Assembly: GCA_002771585.1 (NCBI GenBank)
Contig: PCTT01000027.1
Span: 1-35,788 of the forward strand
Length of the DNA stretch: 35,788 nucleotides
From: Candidatus Campbellbacteria bacterium CG22_combo_CG10-13_8_21_14_all_36_13
GTDB lineage: Bacteria > Patescibacteriota > Minisyncoccia > Phycocordibacterales > PCTT01
Direction: 5' to 3'
Shown here: positions 29,513 to 35,788 of the stretch, piece after piece
How positions within the stretch are numbered: the first letter of the stretch is position 1
Layout: each line of letters begins with the position of its first letter
Program-made: the position numbers and the translations under genes
The notes under the pieces: generated by a model
Told to the model about the DNA's origin: nothing
Databases searched by the model: none
The model's input: the letters and a program-made list of their open reading frames with translations, nothing else

Positions 29513-30925
29513 TTAATTCTGAAGCCTCTCTCTTATCATCTTCTCAAGCATTGCTGGATCTGCTGAACCTTTTGACAACTTCATACCCTGTCCAACCAAA
29601 AAACGAAGAGATGCCTCTTTACCAGACCTATAATCATCTACAGCATCCTTATTTTCATCAATTATAATCCCCACAATCTTGCCCAATGAGTCAATATCAC
29701 TTACCTGTATAAGAGAATTTTCTTCTGCAATATCCTGAGGAATACCACCTTTTTCATACATAATTCTCAAAACTTCTTTTGCGCCACGAGAAGAAAGCTT
29801 GCCGTCTATTATCATTCTCACAAGCTCCACAAATCTCTCATAATCAATTTCTATTTTATTTGGGACTTCACCATCTTTAAAAAGTCCAACCAAATCAGAC
29901 GATATATAGTTTGATGCAATTTTTATTTCATTTTCATTATTTGTAAACAATAAAACACCGTCCATGAAATCTCCAATCGAGGTCTGGTTTGTATACATGT
30001 TTGCATCATCTTTTTTCAACCCAAGTGATATATATTTTGCTCTTCGTTCTGGTGGAAGTTCTGGCAATTCAGACTTTATAAGCTCAACATCAAATTCCGG
30101 AACTTCGTCTAGTTTCAATTTTGGTAAATCCGGATCTGGAAAGTATCTATAATCATCAGATGTCTCTTTTATTCTTTGCGAAAAAGTTACTTGTCTCATC
30201 TCATCCCATCCTCGTGTCTCCTGTATCACCTTTTGTCCAAGCTCTAGAAGCTCTGTCTGTCTTTTAATTTCATATTCAATGCCTCTCTCTGCAGATCTGA
30301 AAGAATTTATATTTTTTATCTCAACTTTAGTTCCAAAAACATCATTTTTACTTACGGATATGTTCACCTCCACCCTCATCTCCCCCTTTTCCATATTTGC
30401 CTCGGACACACCCAGATATCTCAAAAGTAGTTGTAATTCACGAGCAAAAGCGCCAGCCTCTTCTGCAGAGTGTATTACAGGCTCTGTGACAAGCTCCATT
30501 AGCGGTACACCAGCCCTGTTGAAGTCTACAAGAGAATATTCGCTATCATGACTAGATTTGGCTGTATCTTCCTCAAGATGAATTCTAGTAATAGAAACAC
30601 CATTAAGGGCGCCTCCGCTAACTATAGGATATGCATACTGACTAATTTGATAACCTTTTGGTATGTCTGGATAAAAATAGTTCTTTCTATCAAATTCTGT
30701 AAATGAGGCGATTTTACCACCAAGAGCAACGCCAACCTTTATGACGCTTTTAACGGCTTCTTTATTTATTACAGGAAGGGTGCCTGGGTGAGCCATACAA
30801 ACAGGACAAACATTTACATTTGGCTCCACTTCGTCGGGATCATTTATAGAGTTACAAAACATTTTTGTTTTTGTTTTCAACTCTGCATGTATTTCAAGTC
30901 CTATTGTTGGTTTGTATTTGGTCAT
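29513..30925 (-). CDS. gatB: Asp/Glu-tRNA amidotransferase subunit B
   Basis: IGLEIHAEL, FDRKNYFYPD, RIHLEED, DFNRAGVPLME and DYRYFPDPDL motifs. Confidence 0.98.
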   Translation of the reverse strand: MTKYKPTIGLEIHAELKTKTKMFCNSINDPDEVEPNVNVCPVCMAHPGTLPVINKEAVKSVIKVGVALGGKIASFTEFDRKNYFYPDIPKGYQISQYAYPIVSGGALNGVSITRIHLEEDTAKSSHDSEYSLVDFNRAGVPLMELVTEPVIHSAEEAGAFARELQLLLRYLGVSEANMEKGEMRVEVNISVSKNDVFGTKVEIKNINSFRSAERGIEYEIKRQTELLELGQKVIQETRGWDEMRQVTFSQRIKETSDDYRYFPDPDLPKLKLDEVPEFDVELIKSELPELPPERRAKYISLGLKKDDANMYTNQTSIGDFMDGVLLFTNNENEIKIASNYISSDLVGLFKDGEVPNKIEIDYERFVELVRMIIDGKLSSRGAKEVLRIMYEKGGIPQDIAEENSLIQVSDIDSLGKIVGIIIDENKDAVDDYRSGKEASLRFLVGQGMKLSKGSADPAMLEKMIRERLQN

Positions 30926-31041
30926 GGTTAATTTTTAATTTTGAATTTTTAATTTTAATTCAATTTTGAATTTTTTAATATTTTAAAATTTGTTCATTTT
31001 AAATTCATTCAAAATTTTAAATTTAAAATTCATACTTATTT

Positions 31042-32013
31042 TTATATGCTTTTAAATTTTTTAATCAAAGAATCTCTAAGATTTTTTATAGAATCATCAT
31101 CGTATACAGATGTCACATATACCTCTTTGCCCATTGCCTTAAACTTTTTTTCAATATTTTCTACCTCACCTTTATCCACCATGTCACTTTTTGTTAATAT
31201 TACTATCTCTGGCCTATTTTCAAGTTCTTTATTGTAGCCCGATACCTCTTTTCGTATTGATTCATATGCATCCATTACGTCTTCATTTTCCATAGAAACA
31301 CAATGTAGTAACATTTTTGTTCTTAAAATGTGTCTTAAAAATTTGTGCCCCAAACCCTTACCCTCTGATGCTCCTTCTATAAGACCGGGTATATCGGCCA
31401 ATATATATCCATACATCGCACCAAGATGTGGCGACAAGGTTGTAAACTCATATTCCCCAACCTTTGAATGAGCATTTGTTAGCTCATTCAACAAACTAGA
31501 CTTACCGGCATTAGGAAGACCTATAAATCCAGCATCAGCAATAATCCGAAGTTCTATATTAAACCTACCACTTTCTCCAATTTTCCCTTTTGTAAATTCT
31601 TGTGGAGTACGATTTATCGAGCTTTTAAAATGCTCATTACCCAAACCACCGTGCCCACCCTTTAATATTAGAATTGATTCCCCGTCATTTACCAAATCAA
31701 AAGTATCTCCTGTTTCAATATTTGTCACAAAAGATCCTAGTGGTAGATCTATTATCAAATCTTCTCCGTTTCTGCCATGCATACTGTTTTTACCTCCAGG
31801 AATACCGTTTTCTGCCGCAAACTCTTGATTGTGAGCATACTTAGCAAGTAAACTTGAGTCTCTAACAGCCCTCACAAAAACATTCCCGCCATTACCACCA
31901 TTTCCACCAGAAGGCCCACCTTTTGGCTTAAATTTTTCACGATGAAACTGCACGACCCCGTCGCCTCCTCTTCCTGCTCTTATATTAAATTTTAGCTCGT
32001 CTACAAATTTCAT
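31042..32013 (-). CDS. obgE: GTPase ObgE/CgtA
   Basis: Gly-rich Obg fold (GGPSGGNGG), GLPNAGKS, FTTL, DIPGLIEGA and TKSD. Confidence 0.97.
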   Translation of the reverse strand: MKFVDELKFNIRAGRGGDGVVQFHREKFKPKGGPSGGNGGNGGNVFVRAVRDSSLLAKYAHNQEFAAENGIPGGKNSMHGRNGEDLIIDLPLGSFVTNIETGDTFDLVNDGESILILKGGHGGLGNEHFKSSINRTPQEFTKGKIGESGRFNIELRIIADAGFIGLPNAGKSSLLNELTNAHSKVGEYEFTTLSPHLGAMYGYILADIPGLIEGASEGKGLGHKFLRHILRTKMLLHCVSMENEDVMDAYESIRKEVSGYNKELENRPEIVILTKSDMVDKGEVENIEKKFKAMGKEVYVTSVYDDDSIKNLRDSLIKKFKSI

Positions 32014-32256
32014 ATGATTTAAGTTAAAAGTCCATAATGTCCATAAGGTCTATAAAGTCTTGATCAAGCCTGATAATAATTTTGAAATTTCGATAGATAA
32101 ATCATTATGTTTATTATATCGTTTTAAATTTTGAATTTTATTCATTATGATTTGTTTCGTATTCTTGCCCTGTACCGAAACTTGTTTCTGGTTCTGGGGT
32201 CGTACTTCGAATTTCGAGTTTTAAATCTATATATACTTTTGACTTTAAGGACTTTA

Positions 32257-32601
32257 TCAACTTTTTGACTCTATCAATTTGTTTCCAATAAAACTAAGCA
32301 CAGCGAGCACAAGTGCGCCGATTAGCGCGATAGTGAAAGATTCAATAGCAAAACCTGTAACAAAAGATGAAATAAACCAAAGCATCAGCGCATTAATCAC
32401 AAAAGAGAATAATCCAAGGGTTAAAAGATGTATCGGTAGTGTAAGAATGGTAATTATTGGCTTTATTGTGATATTTATCACACCAAAAATAAGAGCGACT
32501 ATTACAGCTATGTAAAAGCTCTCTACAAAAAATCCGGGTATTAACTCCGTCACCACAAGCAGTGCTAATGCTGTGACCAATAACTTACTTAAAATTTTCA
32601 T
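32257..32601 (-). CDS. 4-TM phage-holin-family (YvlD/DUF360-like) membrane protein
   Basis: IN..IKPI..ILTLP..LLTLGLF.FVINA signature. Confidence 0.88.
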   Translation of the reverse strand: MKILSKLLVTALALLVVTELIPGFFVESFYIAVIVALIFGVINITIKPIITILTLPIHLLTLGLFSFVINALMLWFISSFVTGFAIESFTIALIGALVLAVLSFIGNKLIESKS

Positions 32602-32737
32602 CCCATTAGAGCCAGACCACGACCAGCGTGTTCTGGACTTTTATTATTATTTATAATTGTTTTTAACATATCAGTTTTTTAAGATGTCGCTATTATCTGT
32701 TGTGGTCGTAGGTCTCTAACGGGATTCATCCCGTTAG
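32600..32737. mobile_element. MITE-like element with inverted ends, copy 2
   Basis: ATCCCATTAGAG (32600-32611) and CTCTAACGGGAT (32714-32725), followed by TCATCCCGTTAG. Confidence 0.6.
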
Positions 32738-32819
32738 TTAAAAATTAATTTAATTAATTACAAAGATTGATTTCGACTTTTTACTTTATAAACTTTCGAC
32801 TTTATGGACTTTATAGACT

Positions 32820-35360
32820 TTATGACTTTACGACTCTTGTCACTTTCCACACACCTTCTTCTACAAGCTCTTCTGCCTTCTTGTATTTCATAACTCTTGT
32901 TTCTTTTCCATTACTTATCTCCACTTTATCATTTCTACCAATCTTATCATCCCGATTTACAACAGTTTGAACTTTTCCATCACCAAAGCTTGTTTTTTCT
33001 GCAACTTCAGCTTCTTTTTTTATTGTCTGCAGACGATTTGATTCTTGCGCAAAAGAACCTTCTCCTATTCCTGAAATTACCTTAAATATTTGATCATCAA
33101 TAGATGCTTCCAGATCCTTAAACAACACAAGTCCTTCTCTTCTATATTCCACCAAAGGATCCCTCTGCCCAACAGAGCGCAAACTTACAGAAGATTTTAG
33201 ATAATCCATTGCCTCCAAGTGTTCCACCCAAAGCATATCCAAAGACTGAAGACTCACAGCACGAAATACTTCATAAAATTTATCTTCACCTAGTAGTTTT
33301 ATTTTTTCTTCAATTAAAGAAAGGTTTTCATCGCCAAGAATACTTTCCGCCATTTCTTTTAATTCGTCTCTATCACCCATCAATATACTCCTTCTCTTTG
33401 TATATATCGTGCGTCTTTGATGATTCATCACATCATCAAAATCCAAAACGTGTTTTCTTCTATCAAAGTTTAAGCCCTCTATTTTTTCTTGCGCAGACTC
33501 TAGTGACCTTGTTATAAGTTTATTTTGTATTGGTTGATCTTCTGGTATACCAAATCTACCCATCATACTTTTTACAGAATCCCCTGAAAATACTCTCATC
33601 AAATCATCTTCAAGAGAAACAAAAAACTGAGTCTCGCCAGGATCCCCTTGTCTTCCAGATCGTCCTCTTAGCTGATTATCAATTCTTCTTGCCTCATGTC
33701 GCTCTGTTCCTATTACAAAAAGCCCACCAGCATCAATCACCTTTTGTTTTGCTATAGCATCATTGTCTTCACCACCAAGCTTTATATCAACACCTCTTCC
33801 AGCCATGTTTGTAGCAATAGTTACAGCACCAACTTCTCCAGCACGAGCGATGATACTTGCCTCGTTTTCATGGTTTTTTGCGTTAAGAATATTATGTTTT
33901 ACACCCTCTTTGTCCAAAAAATCAGACAAAAGCTCATTTTTTTCTATTGAAACAGTACCAATTAGAACTGGCTGTCCTGCTTCATTTAATTCTTTTACTT
34001 TCTTTGCCAGAGCTCTAAATTTGCCAGACTCTGTTTGAAAAATTAAATCGTCCCTATCAATACGAGCAATTGGCTTATTTGTAGGAACTGCAATTGTGAT
34101 TAATCCATACACGCGATAAAACTCCTCCTGTGATGTCATTGCTGTACCCGTCATTCCTGCGAGTTTTTTATACATTCTGAAATAGTTTTGATAAGTAATT
34201 GAAGCAAATGTGCGAGATTCTTTTTCGAGCTTCACTCCTTCTTTTGCCTCTATTGCTTGATGAAGACCTTCTGAATATCTTCGTCCGTTCAATATCCTTC
34301 CGGTAAACTCATCCACAATCATCACCTTTCCATCTCTCACAACATATTCTTTTTCTTTTTTGTATAAAGCTTTTGCCTTTACAGCAAGCTCGAGGTGGTG
34401 GACATATCTAATTCCACCATCTGTATAAATATTTTCTATTCCAAGTTTTTTCTCTGCTTTTTCTATTCCTGAATCAGTAAGAGTGAGTGCCTTTGCTTTT
34501 TCATCTACCTCATAATCTTCTCCTTCTACAAGAATGTTTGCAATAGATGCAAATGTGCCATAAAGACTCTCAGACTCCGATGTGGGCGATGAAATAATAA
34601 GCGGTGTTCGCGCTTCGTCGATCAAAATTGAGTCTATCTCATCGATTATTGCAAAGTTTAAATCTCTTTGCCTCAAATCTTCTTCTTTATATGAAATATT
34701 GTCGCGCAAGTAGTCAAAACCAAACTCAGAGTTAGTTCCATAAGTAATATCTGCTGCATATGATTCTCTTCTTGAACATGGCTTCAAAAACTCATGCACA
34801 ACCTTGAAATACCCTTGCTCATCCCTTTCAACATCTTTTTCTTCTCCTTCTTTTGCAAAAGTCTTATCATACAAAAAAGAATCTTGTGAATTTATTACAC
34901 CAACAGAAAGACCAAGAAAGGCATAAATTTCACCCATCCATACAGCATCCCTTCGTGCCAAATAATCATTCACCGTGACAACATGCACACCCTTGCCCGA
35001 GAGAGCATTCAAGTATACGGGAAGTGTGGCAACCAAAGTCTTTCCCTCACCTGTTCTCATCTCAGAAATATTCCCATCATGCATCACAAGACCACCGATC
35101 ATTTGCACATCATAGTGTCTTTGTTTAAGTGTTCGCTTTGATGCCTCTCTCACGACAGCAAACGCCTCTGTTGATATGTCATCAAGTGTTTCTCCGGCCT
35201 CTAATCTTGCCTTAAATGCCAGTGTTTTGTTTCGAAGCTCTTCGTCAGTAAGGGCAGAGATTTCAACCTCAAAATCATTTATGACAGGAATAAGCGCCTC
35301 ATATTTAGCGAGGGCTTTTTTGTTTTGATCTCCAAATAAGTTACTAAATTTAAAAGCCAT
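32820..35360 (-). CDS. secA: Preprotein translocase ATPase SecA
   Basis: MRTGEGKT, VTVNDYLA, DEIDSILIDEARTPL, TNMAGRG and QLRGRSGRQGDPG motifs. Confidence 0.98.
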   Translation of the reverse strand: MAFKFSNLFGDQNKKALAKYEALIPVINDFEVEISALTDEELRNKTLAFKARLEAGETLDDISTEAFAVVREASKRTLKQRHYDVQMIGGLVMHDGNISEMRTGEGKTLVATLPVYLNALSGKGVHVVTVNDYLARRDAVWMGEIYAFLGLSVGVINSQDSFLYDKTFAKEGEEKDVERDEQGYFKVVHEFLKPCSRRESYAADITYGTNSEFGFDYLRDNISYKEEDLRQRDLNFAIIDEIDSILIDEARTPLIISSPTSESESLYGTFASIANILVEGEDYEVDEKAKALTLTDSGIEKAEKKLGIENIYTDGGIRYVHHLELAVKAKALYKKEKEYVVRDGKVMIVDEFTGRILNGRRYSEGLHQAIEAKEGVKLEKESRTFASITYQNYFRMYKKLAGMTGTAMTSQEEFYRVYGLITIAVPTNKPIARIDRDDLIFQTESGKFRALAKKVKELNEAGQPVLIGTVSIEKNELLSDFLDKEGVKHNILNAKNHENEASIIARAGEVGAVTIATNMAGRGVDIKLGGEDNDAIAKQKVIDAGGLFVIGTERHEARRIDNQLRGRSGRQGDPGETQFFVSLEDDLMRVFSGDSVKSMMGRFGIPEDQPIQNKLITRSLESAQEKIEGLNFDRRKHVLDFDDVMNHQRRTIYTKRRSILMGDRDELKEMAESILGDENLSLIEEKIKLLGEDKFYEVFRAVSLQSLDMLWVEHLEAMDYLKSSVSLRSVGQRDPLVEYRREGLVLFKDLEASIDDQIFKVISGIGEGSFAQESNRLQTIKKEAEVAEKTSFGDGKVQTVVNRDDKIGRNDKVEISNGKETRVMKYKKAEELVEEGVWKVTRVVKS

Positions 35361-35518
35361 AAATTAACCACATAATCTCTTATATGTCGGGTGATTATAG
35401 CATATATTAAGGCTTTTTTTAAGGAAAAATTTTTATCTAATCAATAAACTATATGTTCTTACCAAAAATTACTTTATGCGTGTGATGCAACCAAAACAAG
35501 CGCAAACATCGCAACACT

Positions 35519-35720
35519 TGTCCAACCTCTGGCGGATATCGTAATAATTTTTGGTATATCAATAATAACAATAGAAACTCCTACAAAATAAATTCTATTT
35601 ATTATTACGATATATCGTAATATTTTCCTTAATAAAAACTAAAACAAAATTTATTATAGAAGGAGGTATAAAAAACATTACGATACCTGTCCGACCTCTG
35701 GCGGATATCGTAATGTTTTT
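35519..35720. repeat. ATTACGATATATCGTAAT palindrome cluster, empty and filled with a 20-nt insert
   Basis: Empty at 35603-35622 and filled at 35671-35720, with a partial copy at 35519-35545. Another empty copy is at 22455-22478. Confidence 0.7.
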
Positions 35721-35788
35721 CGGTGGTCCAACCAACGAATTAAAGTCCGAAGTTAGAAGAAACAATAACAACGACAACAATTCAAACA

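Noticed and set aside
32257..32601. Prophage, suggested by the holin-family gene
   Set aside because: This family is commonly chromosomal. It is flanked by obgE and secA with no phage genes.

Overview
A 35.8-kb AT-rich bacterial chromosome segment. Gene content and style (secG-ABC substrate-binding protein-rnj block, class II RNR, CCA-less tRNAs, repeat-filled intergenic DNA) point to a Patescibacteria/CPR, Parcubacteria-like genome; this assignment is inference. Most coding DNA is housekeeping or envelope related: TMTC-like glycosyltransferase, FtsB-like, lepA, murJ, nrdJ, htpX/lemA, groES/groEL, secG, rnj, gatB, obgE, secA. A small PAS/ECF-sigma accessory cluster lies next to tRNA-Ser. The unusual biology is in the non-coding RNA. 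(1) Both tRNA loci are nested: an intact tRNA-Gly(CCC) and an intact tRNA-Ser(GGA) each sit inside a ~150-nt insertion in the anticodon loop of a second tRNA gene for the same amino acid. The two insertions share a scaffold, TTCC..AAGGA.C.A.GCGA..AATCCC-N10-[tRNA]-GGGA. (2) A structured element carrying antisense and direct copies of tRNA 3' ends occurs twice. (3) The RNase P RNA gene is expanded to ~1144 nt by helix-tip insertions. (4) Several families of very small palindromic insertions are present, including a triple-nested 20-mer and a MITE-like element that sits on start codons.
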